From Eledone cirrhosa (taxonomy: Eukaryota), in NCBI GenBank assembly GCA_964016885.1, contig OZ024741.1, forward strand, positions 124,001 through 188,000: 64,000 nucleotides of DNA, in the 5' to 3' direction. A program made the translations under genes and the position numbers. The notes under the pieces were generated by a model. The model saw only the letters and a program-made list of their open reading frames with translations. It was not told the origin of the DNA and ran no database searches. Positions 36,401 through 55,800 of this stretch are shown here, one piece after another (position 1 is the stretch's first letter; each line of letters starts with the position of its first letter).

Positions 36401-39400
36401 TAACAACAACAACAACAATAACACCAACACCAACAATAACACCAACACCAACAATAACATCAACAACAACAATAACATCAACAACAACAATAACATCAAC
36501 AACAACAATAACATCAACAACAACAACAACACCAAAAATAACACCAACAACAACAATAACACCAACAACAACAATAACACCAACACCAACAATAACACCA
36601 ACACCAACAATAACACCAACAACAACAATAACACCAACACCAACAATAACACCAACAACAACAATAACACCAACAATAACACCAACACCAACAATAACAC
36701 CAACAACAACAATAACACCAACAATAACACCAACAACAACGATAACATCAACAACAACAACAACACCAACAATAACACCAACACGAACAATAACACCAAC
36801 AACAACAATAACACCAACACCAACAATAACACCAACAATAACACCAACAACAACAATAACACCAACACCAACAATAACACCAACAACAACAATAACACCA
36901 ACACCAACAATAACACCAACAACAACAATAACACCAACAATAACACCAACACCAACAATAACACCAACAACAACAATAACACCAACAATAACACCAACAA
37001 CAACAATAACACCAACACCAACAATAACACCAACACCAACAATAACACCAACAACAACAATAACACCAACAACAACAATAACACCAACAACAACAATAAC
37101 ATCAACAACAACAATAACACCAACAACAACAATAACACCAACAACAACAATAACACCAACAATAACACCAACAACAACAATAACACCAACACCAACAATA
37201 ACAGCAACACCAACAATAACACCAACAACAACAATAACATCAACACCAACAATAACACCAACACCAACAATAACACCAACACCAACAATAACAGCAACAC
37301 CAACAATAACACCAACAACAACAATAACATCAACACCAACAATAAAACCAACACCTACAATAACACCATCACCAACAATAACACCAACAACAACAATAAC
37401 ACCAACAATAACACCAACACCAACAATAACACCAACAATAACACCAACACCAACAACAACAATAACACCAACAACAACAATAACACCAACACCAACAACA
37501 ACAATAACACCAACAACAACAATAACACCAACACCAACAATAACACCAACAACAACAATAACATCAACAACAACAATAACACCAACACCAACAATAACAC
37601 CAACAATAACACCAACACCAACAATAACACCAACACCAACAATAACACCAACACCAACAATAACACCAACAACAATAACATCAACAACAACAATAACATC
37701 AACAACAACAATAACACCAACACCAACAATAACACCAACAATAATACCAACAACAACAATAACATCAACAACAACAATAACACCAACACCAACAATAACA
37801 CCAACAATAACACCAACAACAACAATAACACCAACACCAACAACAACAATAACACCAACAACAACAATAACACCAACACCAACAACAACAATAACACCAA
37901 CAACAACAATAACACCAACACCAACAATAACACCAACAACAACAATAACATCAACAACAACAATAACACCAACACCAACAATAACACCAACAATAACACC
38001 AACACCAACAATAACACCAACACCAACAATAACACCAACACCAACAATAACACCAACAACAATAACATCAACAACAACAATAACATCAACAACAACAATA
38101 ACATCAACAACAACAATAACACCAACAATAACACCAACAACAACAATAACACCAACACCAACAATAACACCAACACCAACAATAACACCAACAACAACAA
38201 TAACACCATCAACAACAATAACACCAACAACAACAATAACACCAACACCAACAATAACACCAACAACAACAATAACACCAACACCAACAATAACACCAAC
38301 ACCAACAATAACACCAACAACAACAATAACAACAACAACAACAATAACATCAACAACAACACCAACACCTCCAATAACATCAACAACAACAATTACACCA
38401 AAACCAACAATAACACCAACAACAACAATAACACCAACAACAACAATAACACCAACAATAACACCAACAACAAAAATAACATCAACAACAACAATAACAC
38501 CAACACCAACAATAACACCAACAACAACAATAACATCAACAACAACAATAACACCAACACCAACAATAACACCAACAACAACAATAACATCAACAACAAC
38601 AATAACACCAACAATAACACCAACAACAACAATAACACCAACAACAACAATAACACCAACACCAACAATAACACCAACACCAACAATAACACCAACACCA
38701 ACAATAACACCAACACCAACAATAACACCAACAACAACAATAACACCAACAACAACAATAACACCAACACCAACAATAACACCAACACCAACAATAACAC
38801 CAACAACAACAATAACACCAACAACAACAATAACACCAACAACAACAATAACATCAACAACAACAATAACATTAACGACAACAATAACACCAACAATAAC
38901 ACCAACAATAACACCAACAACAACAATAACACCAACACCAACAATAACACCAACACCAACAATAACACCAACAACAACAATAACACCAACAACAACAATA
39001 ACATCAACAACAACAATAACATCAACAACAACAATAACATCAACAACAACACCAACACCAACAATAACACCAACAACAACAATAACACCAACACCAACAA
39101 TAACACCAACAACAACAATAACACCAACAATAACACCAACAACAACAATAACACCAACAACAACGATAACACCAACGCCAACAATAACACCAACAATAAC
39201 ACCAACAACAACAATAACACCAACACCAGCAATAACACCAACACCAACAATAACACCAACAACAACAATAACACCAACAACAACAATAACATCAACAACA
39301 ACAATAACATCAACAACAACAATAACATCAACAACAACACCAACACCAACAATAACACCAACAACAACAATAACACCAACACCAACAATAACACCAACAC

Positions 39401-42400
39401 CAACCATAACACCAACAACAACAATAACACCAACAACAACAATAACACCAACAACAACAATAACACCAACAACAACAATAACATCAACACCAACAATAAC
39501 ACCAACAACAACAATAACACCAACACCAACAATAACACCAACAACAACAATAACATCAACACCAACAATAACACCAACAACAACAATAACACCAACAACA
39601 ACAATAACACCAACGCCAACAATAACACCAACAATAACACCAACAACAACAATAACACCAACACCAGCAATAACACCAACACCAACAATAACACCAACAA
39701 CAACAATAACACCAGCAACAACAATAACACCAACAACAACAATAACACCAACACCAACAATAACACCAACAACAACAATAACATCAACAACAACAATAAC
39801 ATCAACAACAACAATAACATCAACAACAACACCAACACCAACAATAACACCAACACCAACAATAACACCAACAACAACAATAACACCAACAATAACACCA
39901 ACAACAACAATAACATCAACAACAACAATAACACCAACAACAACAATAACACCAACAACAACAATAACACCAACAACAACAATAACGCCAACAATAACAC
40001 CAACAACAACAATAACACCAACACCAACAATAACACCAACAACAACAATAACACCAACAACAACAATAACACCAACAACAACAATACCACCAACAACAAC
40101 AATAACACCAACAATAACACCAACAACAACAATAACATCAACAACAACAATAACACCAACACCAACAATAACACCAACAACAACAATAACACCAACAATA
40201 ACACCAACACCAACAATAACACCAACACCTACAATAACACCAACAACAACAATAACACCATACCAACAATAACACCAACACCTACAATAACACCAACAAC
40301 AACAATAACAACAACAACAACAATAACACCAACACCAACAATAACACCAACACCTACAATAACACAAACAATAACACCAACAACAACAATAACATCAACA
40401 ACAACAATAACACCAACACCAACAATAACATCAACAACAACAATAACATCAACAACAACAATAACAACAACAACAATAACATCAACAACAACAATAACAC
40501 CAACACCAACAATAACACCAACAACAACAATAACACCAACAACAACAATAACATCAACACCAACAATAACATCACCACCAACAATAACACCAACAACAAC
40601 AATAACATCAACAACAACAATAACACCAACACCAACAATAATACCAACAACAACAATAACAACAACAACAACAATAACACCAACACCAACAATAACACCA
40701 ACACCAACAATAACATCAACAACAACAATAACATCAACAACAACAATAACATCAACAACAACAATAACATCAACAACAACAACAACACCAAAAATAACAC
40801 CAACAACAACAATAACACCAACAACAACAATAACACCAACACCAACAATAACACCAACACCAACAATAACACCAACAACAACAATAACACCAACACCAAC
40901 AATAACACCAACAACAACAATAACACCAACAATAACACCAACACCAACAATAACACCAACAACAACAATAACACCAACAATAACACCAACAACAACGATA
41001 ACATCAACAACAACAACAACACCAACAATAACACCAACACGAACAATAACACCAACAACAACAATAACACCAACACCAACAATAACACCAACAATAACAC
41101 CAACAACAACAATAACACCAACACCAACAATAACACCAACAACAACAATAACACCAACACCAACAATAACACCAACAACAACAATAACACCAACAATAAC
41201 ACCAACACCAACAATAACACCAACAACAACAATAACACCAACAATAACACCAACAACAACAATAACACCAACACCAACAATAACACCAACACCAACAATA
41301 ACACCAACAACAACAATAACACCAACAACAACAATAACACCAACAACAACAATAACATCAACAACAACAATAACACCAACAACAACAATAACACCAACAA
41401 CAACAATAACACCAACAATAACACCAACAACAACAATAACACCAACACCAACAATAACAGCAACACCAACAATAACACCAACAACAACAATAACATCAAC
41501 ACCAACAATAACACCAACACCAACAATAACACCAACACCAACAATAACAGCAACACCAACAATAACACCAACAACAACAATAACATCAACACCAACAATA
41601 AAACCAACACCTACAATAACACCATCACCAACAATAACACCAACAACAACAATAACACCAACAATAACACCAACACCAACAATAACACCAACAATAACAC
41701 CAACACCAACAACAACAATAACACCAACAACAACAATAACACCAACACCAACAACAACAATAACACCAACAACAACAATAACACCAACACCAACAATAAC
41801 ACCAACAACAACAATAACATCAACAACAACAATAACACCAACACCAACAATAACACCAACAATAACACCAACACCAACAATAACACCAACACCAACAATA
41901 ACACCAACACCAACAATAACACCAACAACAATAACATCAACAACAACAATAACATCAACAACAACAATAACACCAACACCAACAATAACACCAACAATAA
42001 TACCAACAACAACAATAACATCAACAACAACAATAACACCAACACCAACAATAACACCAACAATAACACCAACAACAACAATAACACCAACACCAACAAC
42101 AACAATAACACCAACAACAACAATAACACCAACACCAACAACAACAATAACACCAACAACAACAATAACACCAACACCAACAATAACACCAACAACAACA
42201 ATAACATCAACAACAACAATAACACCAACACCAACAATAACACCAACAATAACACCAACACCAACAATAACACCAACACCAACAATAACACCAACACCAA
42301 CAATAACACCAACAACAATAACATCAACAACAACAATAACATCAACAACAACAATAACATCAACAACAACAATAACACCAACAATAACACCAACAACAAC

Positions 42401-45400
42401 AATAACACCAACACCAACAATAACACCAACACCAACAATAACACCAACAACAACAATAACACCATCAACAACAATAACACCAACAACAACAATAACACCA
42501 ACACCAACAATAACACCAACAACAACAATAACACCAACACCAACAATAACACCAACACCAACAATAACACCAACAACAACAATAACAACAACAACAACAA
42601 TAACATCAACAACAACACCAACACCTCCAATAACATCAACAACAACAATAACACCAAAACCAACAATAACACCAACAACAACAATAACACCAACAACAAC
42701 AATAACACCAACAATAACACCAACAACAAAAATAACATCAACAACAACAATAACACCAACACCAACAATAACACCAACAACAACAATAACATCAACAACA
42801 ACAATAACACCAACACCAACAATAACACCAACAACAACAATAACATCAACAACAACAATAACACCAACAATAACACCAACAACAACAATAACACCAACAA
42901 CAACAATAACACCAACACCAACAATAACACCAACACCAACAATAACACCAACACCAACAATAACACCAACACCAACAATAACACCAACAACAACAATAAC
43001 ACCAACAACAACAATAACACCAACACCAACAATAACACCAACACCAACAATAACACCAACAACAACAATAACACCAACAACAACAATAACACCAACAACA
43101 ACAATAACATCAACAACAACAATAACATTAACGACAACAATAACACCAACAATAACACCAACAATAACACCAACAACAACAATAACACCAACACCAACAA
43201 TAACACCAACACCAACAATAACACCAACAACAACAATAACACCAACAACAACAATAACATCAACAACAACAATAACATCAACAACAACAATAACATCAAC
43301 AACAACACCAACACCAACAATAACACCAACAACAACAATAACACCAACACCAACAATAACACCAACAACAACAATAACACCAACAATAACACCAACAACA
43401 ACAATAACACCAACAACAACGATAACACCAACGCCAACAATAACACCAACAATAACACCAACAACAACAATAACACCAACACCAGCAATAACACCAACAC
43501 CAACAATAACACCAACAACAACAATAACACCAACAACAACAATAACATCAACAACAACAATAACATCAACAACAACAATAACATCAACAACAACACCAAC
43601 ACCAACAATAACACCAACAACAACAATAACACCAACACCAACAATAACACCAACACCAACCATAACACCAACAACAACAATAACACCAACAACAACAATA
43701 ACACCAACAACAACAATAACACCAACAACAACAATAACATCAACACCAACAATAACACCAACAACAACAATAACACCAACACCAACAATAACACCAACAA
43801 CAACAATAACATCAACACCAACAATAACACCAACAACAACAATAACACCAACAACAACAATAACACCAACGCCAACAATAACACCAACAATAACACCAAC
43901 AACAACAATAACACCAACACCAGCAATAACACCAACACCAACAATAACACCAACAACAACAATAACACCAGCAACAACAATAACACCAACAACAACAATA
44001 ACACCAACACCAACAATAACACCAACAACAACAATAACATCAACAACAACAATAACATCAACAACAACAATAACATCAACAACAACACCAACACCAACAA
44101 TAACACCAACACCAACAATAACACCAACAACAACAATAACACCAACACCAACAATAACACCAACAACAACAATAACATCAACACCAACAATAACACCAAC
44201 AACAACAATAACACCAACAATAACACCAACAATAACACCAACAACAACAATAACACCAACACCAACAATAACACCAACAATAACACCAACACCAACAATA
44301 ACACCAACACCAACAATAACACCAACAACAACAATAACACCAACAACAACAATAACACCAACACCAACAATAACACCAACACCAACAATAACACCAACAA
44401 TAACACCAACAACAACAATAACATCAACAACAACAATAACAGCAACACCAACAATAACACCAACAACAACAATAACACCAACACCAACAATAACACCAAC
44501 ACCAACAATAACACCAACAATAACACCAACAACAACAATAACATCAACAACAACAATAACAGCAACACCAACAATAACACCAACAACAACAATAACATCA
44601 ACACCAACAATAACACCAACACCAACAATAACACCAACAATAACACCAACACCAACAATAACACCAACAACAACAATAACACCAACAACAACAATAACAC
44701 CAACAACAACAATAACACCAACACCAACAATAACACCAACAACAACAATAACACCAACGCCAACAATAACACCAACAACAACAATAACACCAACACCAAC
44801 AATAACACCAACACCAACAATAACACCAACAACAACAATAACACCAACAACAACAATAACATCAACAACAACAATAACGTCAATAACAACAATAACAACA
44901 ACAATAACACCAACACCAACAATAACACCAACACCAACAATAACACCAACAACAACAATAACACCAACAACAACAATAACATCAACAACAACAATAACAT
45001 CAATAACAACAATAACAACAACAATAACATCAACAACAACAATAACACCAACACCAACAATAACACCAACACCAACAATAACACCAACAACAACAATAAC
45101 ATCAACAACAACAATAACATCAACAACAACAATAACATCAACAACAACAATAACATCAATAACAACACCAACACCAACAATAACACCAACAACAACAATA
45201 ACACCAACACCAACATTAACACCAACAACAACAATAACACCAACGACAACAATAACACCAACAACAACAATAACACCAACAACAACAATAACACCAACAA
45301 TAACACCAACAACAACTATAACATCAACAACAACAATAACACCAACACCAACAATAACACCAACAACAACAATAACATCAACTACAACAATAACACCAAC

Positions 45401-48400
45401 ACCAACACCAACACCAACAATAACACCAACAACAACAATAACACCAACAACAACAATAACACCAACAACAACAATAACACCAACAACAACAATAACGCCA
45501 ACAATAACACCAACAACAACAATAACATCAACAACAACAATAACACCAACACCAACAATAACACCAACAACAACAATAACACCAACAACAACAATAACAC
45601 CAACAACAACAATAACACCAACAACAACAATAACACCAACAATAACACCAACAACAACAATAACATCAACAACAACAATAACACCAACACCAACAATAAC
45701 ACCAACAACAACAATAACACCAACAATAACACCAACACCAACAATAACACCAACACCTACAATAACACCAACAACAACAATAACACCAACACCAACAATA
45801 ACACCAACACCTACAATAACACCAACAACAACAATAACAACAACAACAACAATAACACCAACACCAACAATAACACCAACACCTACAATAACACAAACAA
45901 TAACACCAACAACAACAATAACATCAACAACAACAATAACACCAACACCAACAATAACATCAACAACAACAATAACATCAACAACAACAATAACATCAAC
46001 AACAACAATAACATCAACAACAACAATAACACCAACACCAACAATAACACCAACAACAACAATAACACCAACAACAACAATAACATCAACACCAACAATA
46101 ACATCAACACCAACAATAACACCAACAACAACAATAACATCAACAACAACAATAACACCAACACCAACAATAACACCAACAACAACAATAACAACAACAA
46201 CAACAATAACACCAACACCAACAATAACACCAACACCAACAATAACATCAACAACAACAATAACATCAACAACAACAATAACATCAACAACAACAATAAC
46301 ATCAACAACAACAACAACACCAAAAATAACACCAACAACAACAATAACACCAACAACAACAATAACACCAACACCAACAATAACACCAACACCAACAATA
46401 ACACCAACAACAACAATAACACCAACACCAACAATAACACCAACAACAACAATAACACCAACAATAACACCAACAACAACAATAACACCAACAATAACAC
46501 CAACAACAACGATAACATCAACAACAACAACAACACCAACAATAACACCAACACCAACAATAACACCAACAACAACAATAACACCAACACCAACAATAAC
46601 ACCAACAATAACACCAACAACAACAATAACACCAACACCAACAATAACACCAACAACAACAATAACACCAACACCAACAATAACACCAACAACAACAATA
46701 ACACCAACAATAACACCAACACCAACAATAACACCAACAACAACAATAACACCAACAATAACACCAACAACAACAATAACACCAACACCAACAATAACAT
46801 CAACAACAACAATAACACCAACAACAACAATAACACCAACAACAATAACACCAACACCAACAATAACATCAACAACAACAATAACACCAACACCAACAAT
46901 AACACCAACAACAACAATAACACCAACAACAACAATAACATCAACAACAACAATAACACCAACACCAACAACAACACCAACAACAACAATAACATCAACA
47001 ACAACAATAACACGAACACCAACAATAACACCAACAACAACAATAACACCAACAACAACAATAACACCAACACCAACAATAACACCAGCACCAACAATAA
47101 CACCAACAATAACACCAACACCAACAATAACACCAACACCAACAATAACACCAACAACAACAATAACACCAACAACAACAATAACACCAACAACAACAAT
47201 AACATCAACAACAACAATAACATCAACAACAACAATAACACCAACAATAACACCAACAACAACAATAACACCAACACCAACAATAACGCCAACACCAACA
47301 ATAACACCAACAACAACAATAACACCAACACCAACAATAACACCAACACCAACAATAACACCAACACCAACAATAACACCAACAACAACAATAACACCAA
47401 CAACAACAATAACACCAACACCAACAATAACACCAACACCAACAATAACACCAACACCAACAATAACACCAACAACAACAATAACACCAACACCAACAAT
47501 AACACCAACACCAACAATAACACCAACACCAACAATAACACCAACAACAACAATAACATCAACAACAACACCAACACCTCCAATAACACCAACAACAACA
47601 ATAACACCAACACCAACAATAACACCAACAACAACAATAACACCAATAACAACAATAACACCAACAACAACAATAACACCAACAACAACAATAACACCAA
47701 CAATAATACCAACAACAACAATAACATCAACAACAACAATAACACCAACACCAACAATAACACCAACAACAACAATAACATCAACAACAACAATAACACC
47801 AACACCAACAATAACACCAACACCAACAATAACACCAACAACAACAATAACACCAACAACAACAATAACACCAACACCAACAATAACACTAACACCAACA
47901 ATAACACCAACAATAACACCAACACCAACAATAACACCAACAACAATAACACCAACAACAACAATAACACCAACAACAACACTAACACCAACAACAACAA
48001 TAACATCAACAACAACAATAACATCAACAACAACAATAACACCAACAATAACACCAACACCAACAATAACACTAACAACAACAATAACACCAACACCAAC
48101 AATAATACCAACAACAACAATAACACCAACACCAACAATAACACCAACGCCAACAATAACACCAACAACAACAATAACACCATCACCAACAATAACACCA
48201 GCACCAACAATAACACCAACACCAACAATAACACCAACAACAACAATAACACCAACAACAACAATAACACCAACAACAACAATAACACCAACACCAACAA
48301 TAACACCAACAACAACAATAACACCAACACCAACAATAACACCAACAACAACAATAACACCAACAACAACAATAACATCAACAACAATAATAACATCAAC

Positions 48401-49810
48401 AACAACAATAACATCAACAACAACACCAACACCAACAATAACACCAACAACAACAATAACACCAACACCAACAATAACACCAACACCAACAATAACACCA
48501 ACAACAACAATAACACCAACAACAACAATAACACCAACAACAACAATAACATCAACAACAACAATAACACCAACAATAACACCAACACCAACAATAACAC
48601 CAACAACAACAATAACACCAACACCAACAATAACACCAACAACAACAATAACATCAACACCAACAATAACACCAATAACAACAATAACACCAACACCAAC
48701 AATAAAACCAACGCCAACAATAACACCACCAACAACAATAACACCAACACCAACAATAACACCAACACCAACAATAACACCAACAACAACAATAACACCA
48801 ACACCAACAATAACACCAACAACAACAATAACACCAACACCAACAATAACACCAATAACAACAATAACACCAACACCAACAATAACACCAACGCCAACAA
48901 TAACACCAACAACAACAATAACACCAACACCAACAATAACACCAATAACAACAATAACACCAACACCAACAATAACACCAACACCAACAATAACACCAAC
49001 AACAACAATAACACCAACAACAACAATAACATCAACAACAACACCAACAACAACAATAACACCAACAACAACAATAACACCAACGCCAACAATAACACCA
49101 ACAACAACAATAACACTAACACCAACAATAAGACCAACAACAACAATAACACCAACACCAACAATAACACCAACAACAACAATAACACCAACAACAACAA
49201 TAACATCAACAACAACAATAACACCAACAATAACACCAACACCAAAAATAACACCAAAAACAACAATAACACCAACACCAACAATAACACCAACAACAAC
49301 AATAACACCAACACCAACAATAACACCAACAACCACAATAACACCAACACCAACAATAACACCAACACCAACAATAACACCAACAACAACAATAACACCA
49401 ACACCAACAATAACACCAACAACAACAATAACACCAACACCAACAATAACACCAACACCAACAATAACACCAACAACAACAATAACACCAACACCAACAA
49501 TAACACCAACAACAACAATAACACCAACACCAACAATAACACCAATAACAACAATAACACCAACACCAACAATAACACCAACGCCAACAATAACACCAAC
49601 AACAACAATAACACCAACACCAACAATAACACCAACACCAACAATAACACCAACAACAACAATAACACCAACAACAACAATAACACCAACACCAACAATA
49701 ACACCAACACCAACAATAACACCAACAGCAACAATAACACCAACAACAACAATAACACCAACAACAACAATAACATCAACAACAACAATAACATCAACAA
49801 CAACAATAAC
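30401..49810. repeat. Copy 2 of the large duplicated block (~19.4 kb; approximate limits)
   Basis: It has the same marker order as copy 1. Distal markers are offset by 19,639 (ORF ends 25743/45382 and 26244/45883) and then by 19,411 (ACGAACA G 27603/47014; ACAGCA G 30317/49728). Confidence 0.88.
35620..44130. repeat. 4,256-bp tandem duplication private to block copy 2 (approximate limits)
   Basis: Markers at 35731/39987, 36005/40261 and 38877/43133 are all offset by 4,256. The variants ATACCACCA (~35830/~40085) and ACCATA (~39405/~43660) are shared by these two units and absent from the matching sites in copy 1. Confidence 0.9.
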
Positions 49811-52800
49811 ATCAACAACAACACCAGCACCAACACCAACAATAACACCAACAACAACAATAACACCAACAACAACAATAACACCAATAACAACAATAAC
49901 ACCAACACCAACAATAACACCAACACCAACAATAACACCAACAACAACAATAACACCAACAACAACAATAACATCAACAACAACACCAACACCAACACCA
50001 ACAATAACACCAACAACAACAATAACACCAACACCAACAATAACACCAACACCAACAATAACACCAACAATAACACCAACACCAACAATAACACCAACAG
50101 CAACAATAACACCAACAACAACAATAACACCAACAACAACAATAACATCAACAACAACAATAACATCAACAACAACAATAACACCAACAACAACAATAAC
50201 ACCAACACCAACAATAACACCAACAGCAACAATAACACCAACAACAACAATAACACCAACAACAACAATAACATCAACAACAACAATAACATCAACAACA
50301 ACAATAACACCAACAACAACAATAACACCAACACCAACAATAACACCAACACCAACAATAACACCAACAACAACAATAACATCAACAACAACAATAACAC
50401 CAACACCAACAATAGCACCAACAACAACAATAACATCAACAACAACAATAACACCAACACCAACAATAACACCAACAACAACAATAACATCAACAACAAC
50501 AATAACACCAACAACAACAATAACACCAACACCAACAATAACACCAACAATAACACCAACACCAACAATAACACCAACACCAACAATAACACCAACACCA
50601 ACAATAACATCAACAACAACAATAACATCAACAACAACAATAACATCAACAACAACAATAAGACCAACAATAACACCAACACCAACAACAACAATAACAC
50701 CAACACCAACAATAACACCAACACCAACAACAACAATAACACCAACACCAACAATAACACCAACACCAACAATAACACCAACACCAACAATAACACCAAC
50801 ACCAACAATAACACCAACAACAACAATAACACCAACAAAAACAATAACACCAACAAAAACAATAACACCAACAACAACAATAACACCAACACCAACAATA
50901 ACACCAACAACAACAATAACACCAACAAAAACAATAACACCAACAACAACAATAACACCAACACCAACAATAACACCAACACCAACAATAACACCAACAA
51001 TAACACCAACACCAACAATAACACCAACACCAACAATAACACCAACAACAACAATAACACCAACAAAAACAATAACACCAACAACAACAATAACATCAGC
51101 AACAACAATAACACCAACACCAACAATAACACCAACACCAACAATAACACCAACAACAACAATAACACCAACAACAACAATAACACCAACACCAACAATA
51201 ACACCAACACCAACAATAACACCAACAACAACAATAACACCAACACCAACAATAACACCAACGCCAACAATAACACCAACAACAACAATAACACCAACAC
51301 CAACAATAACACCAACAACAACAATAACATCAACAACAACAATAACACCAACAACAACATTAACACCAACACCAACAATAACACCAACACCAACAATAAC
51401 ACCAACACCAACAATAACACCAACAAAAACAATAACACCAACAACAACAATAACATCAACAACAACAATAACATCAACAACAACAATAACATCAACAACA
51501 ACACCAACACCAACAATAACACCAACAACAACAATAACATCAACAACAACACCAACACCAACAATAACACCAACAACAACAATAACACCAACAACAACAA
51601 TAACACCAACAACAACATTAACACCAACACCAACAATAACACCAACACCAACAATAACACCAACACCAACAATAACACCAACAACAACAATAACACCAAC
51701 AACAACAATAACATCAACAACAACAACAATAACATCAACAACAACACCAACACCAACAATAACACCAACACCAACAATAACACCAACAACAACAATAACA
51801 TCAACAACAACAATAACATCAACAACAACAATAACATCAACAACAACACCAACACCAACAATAACACCAACAAAAACAATAACACCAACACCAACAATAA
51901 CACCAACACCAACAATAACACCAACAACAACAATAACACCAACAACAACAATAACACCAACACCAACAATAACACCAACACCAACAATAACACCAACAAC
52001 AACAATAACATCAACAACAACAATAACACCCACAACAACAATAACACCAACACCAACAATAACACCAACACCAACAATAATACCAACAACAACAATAACA
52101 TCAACAACAACAATAACATCAACAACAACAATAACATCAACAACAACAATAACATCAACAGCAACACCAACACCAACAATAACACCAACAACAACAATAA
52201 CACCAACACCAACAATAACACCAACAACAACAATAACACCAACAACAACAATAACACCAACAACAACAATAACACCAACAACAACAATAACACCAACAAT
52301 AACACCAACAACAACAATAACATCAACAACAGCAATAACACCAACAATAACACCAACAACAACAATAACACCAACACCAACAATAACACCAACAACAACA
52401 ATAACATCAACAACAACAATAACACCAACAACAACGATAACAACAACAACAACAATAACACCAACACCAACAATAACACCAACAACAACAATAACATCAA
52501 CAACAACAATAACACCAACACCAACAATAACACCAACAATAACACCAACAACAACAATAACACCAACAACAACAATAACACCAACAACAACAATAACATC
52601 AACAACAACAATAACATCAACAACAACAATAACACCAACAATAACACCAACACCAACAATAACACCAACAACAACAATAACACCAACACCAACAATAACA
52701 CCAACACCAACAATAACACCAACACCAACAATAACACCAACAATAACAATAACACCAACAACAACAATAACACCAACAACAACAATAACACCAACAACAA

Positions 52801-55800
52801 CAATAACACCAACAACAACAATAACACCAACAATAACACCAACAACAACAATAACACCAACACCTACAATAACACCAACAACAACAATAACACCAACAAC
52901 AACAATAACATCAACAACAACAATAACATCAACAACAACAATAACATCAACAACAACACCAACACCAACAATAACACCAATAACAACAATAACACCAACA
53001 CCAACAATAACACCAACAACAACAATAACACCAACAACAACAATAACATCAACAACAACACCAACACCAACAATAACACCAACAACAACAATAACACCAA
53101 CACCAACAATAACACCAACAACAATAATAACACCAACAACAACAATAACATCAACAACAACAATAACATCAACAACAACAATAACATCAACAACAACAAT
53201 AACATCAACAACAACACCAACACCAACAATAACACCAATAACAACAATAACACCAACACCAACAATAACACCAACAACAACAATAACATCAACAACAACA
53301 ATAACATCAACAACAACAATAACATCAACAACAACAATAACATCAACAACAACACCAACACCAACAATAACACCAATAACAACAATAACACCAACACCAA
53401 CAATAACACCAACAACAACAATAACATCAACAACAACAATAACATCAACAACAACACCAACACCAACAATAACACCAACAACAACAATAACACCAACACC
53501 AACAATAACACCAACAACAACAATAACACCAACAACAACAATAACATCAACAACAACAATAACATCAACAACAACAATAACATCAACAACATCACCAACA
53601 CCAACAATAACACCAACAGCAACAATAACACCAACAACAACAATAACACCAACAACAACAATAACATCAACAACAACAATAACATCAACAACAACAATAA
53701 CACCAACAACAACAATAACACCAACACCAACAATAACACCAACACCAACAATAACACCAACAACAACAATAACATCAACAACAACAATAACACCAACACC
53801 AACAATAACACCAACAATAACAATAACATCAACAACAACAATAACACCAACACCAACAATAACACCAACAACAACAATAACATCAACAACAACAATAACA
53901 CCAACAACAACAATAACACCAACACCAACAATAACACCAACAATAACACCAACACCAACAATAACACCAACACCAACAATAACACCAACACCAACAATAA
54001 CACCAACAACAACAATAACACCAACAACAACAATAACACCAACACCAACAATAACATCAACAACAACAATAACACCAACACCAACAATAACATCAACAAC
54101 AACAATAACATCAACAACAACAATAACATCAACAACAACAATAAGACCAACAATAACACCAACACCAACAACAACAATAACACCAACACCAACAATAACA
54201 CCAACAATAACACCAACACCAACAATAACACCAACACCAACAATAACACCAACAACAACAATAACACCAACAAAAACAATAACACCAACAAAAACAATAA
54301 CACCAACAACAACAATAACACCAACAACAACAATAACACCAACACCAACAATAAGACCAACAACAACAATAACACCAACAAAAACAATAACACCAACAAC
54401 AACAATAACACCAACACCAACAATAACACCAACACCAACAATAACACCAACAATAACACCAACAATAACACCAACACCAACAATAACACCAACAACAACA
54501 ATAACACCAACAAAAACAATAACACCAACAACAACAATAACATCAACAACAACAATAACACCAACACCAACAATAACACCAACACCAACAATAACACCAA
54601 CAACAACAATAACACCAACAACAACAATAACACCAACAACAACAATAACAACAACACCAACAATAACACCAACAATAACACCAACACCAACAATAACACC
54701 AACACCAACAATAACACCAACACCAACAATAACACCAACAACAACAATAACACCAACAACAACAATAACACCAACACCAACAATAACATCAACAACAACA
54801 ATAACACCAACACCAACAATAACATCAACAACAACAATAACATCAACAACAACAATAACATCAACAACAACAATAAGACCAACAATAACACCAACACCAA
54901 CAACAACAATAACACCAACACCAACAATAACACCAACACCAACACCAACAATAACACCAACAATAACACCAACACCAACAATAACACCAACACCAACAAT
55001 AACACCAACAACAACAATAACACCAACAAAAACAATAACACCAACAAAAACAATAACACCAACAACAACAATAACACCAACAACAACAATAACACCAACA
55101 CCAACAATAAGACCAACAACAACAATAACACCAACAAAAACAATAACACCAACAACAACAATAACACCAACACCAACAATAACACCAACACCAACAATAA
55201 CACCAACAATAACACCAACAATAACACCAACACCAACAATAACACCAACAACAACAATAACACCAACAAAAACAATGACACCAACAACAACAATAACATC
55301 AACAACAACAATAACACCAACACCAACAATAACACCAACACCAACAATAACACCAACAACAACAATAACACCAACAACAACAATAACACCAACACCAACA
55401 ATAACACCAACAACAACAATAACACCAACACCAACAATAACACCAACGCCAACAATAACACCAACAACAACAATAACATCAACAACAACAATAACACCAA
55501 CAACAACATTAACACCAACACCAACAATAACACCAACACCAACAATAACACCAACACCAACAATAACACCAACAACAACAATAACACCAACAACAACAAT
55601 AACATCAACAACAACAATAACATCAACAACAACAATAACATCAACAACAACACCAACACCAACAATAACACCAACAACAACAATAACATCAACAACAACA
55701 CCAACACCAACAATAACACCAACAACAACAATAACACCAACAACAACAATAACACCAACAACAACAATAACACCAACAACAACATTAACACCAACACCAA

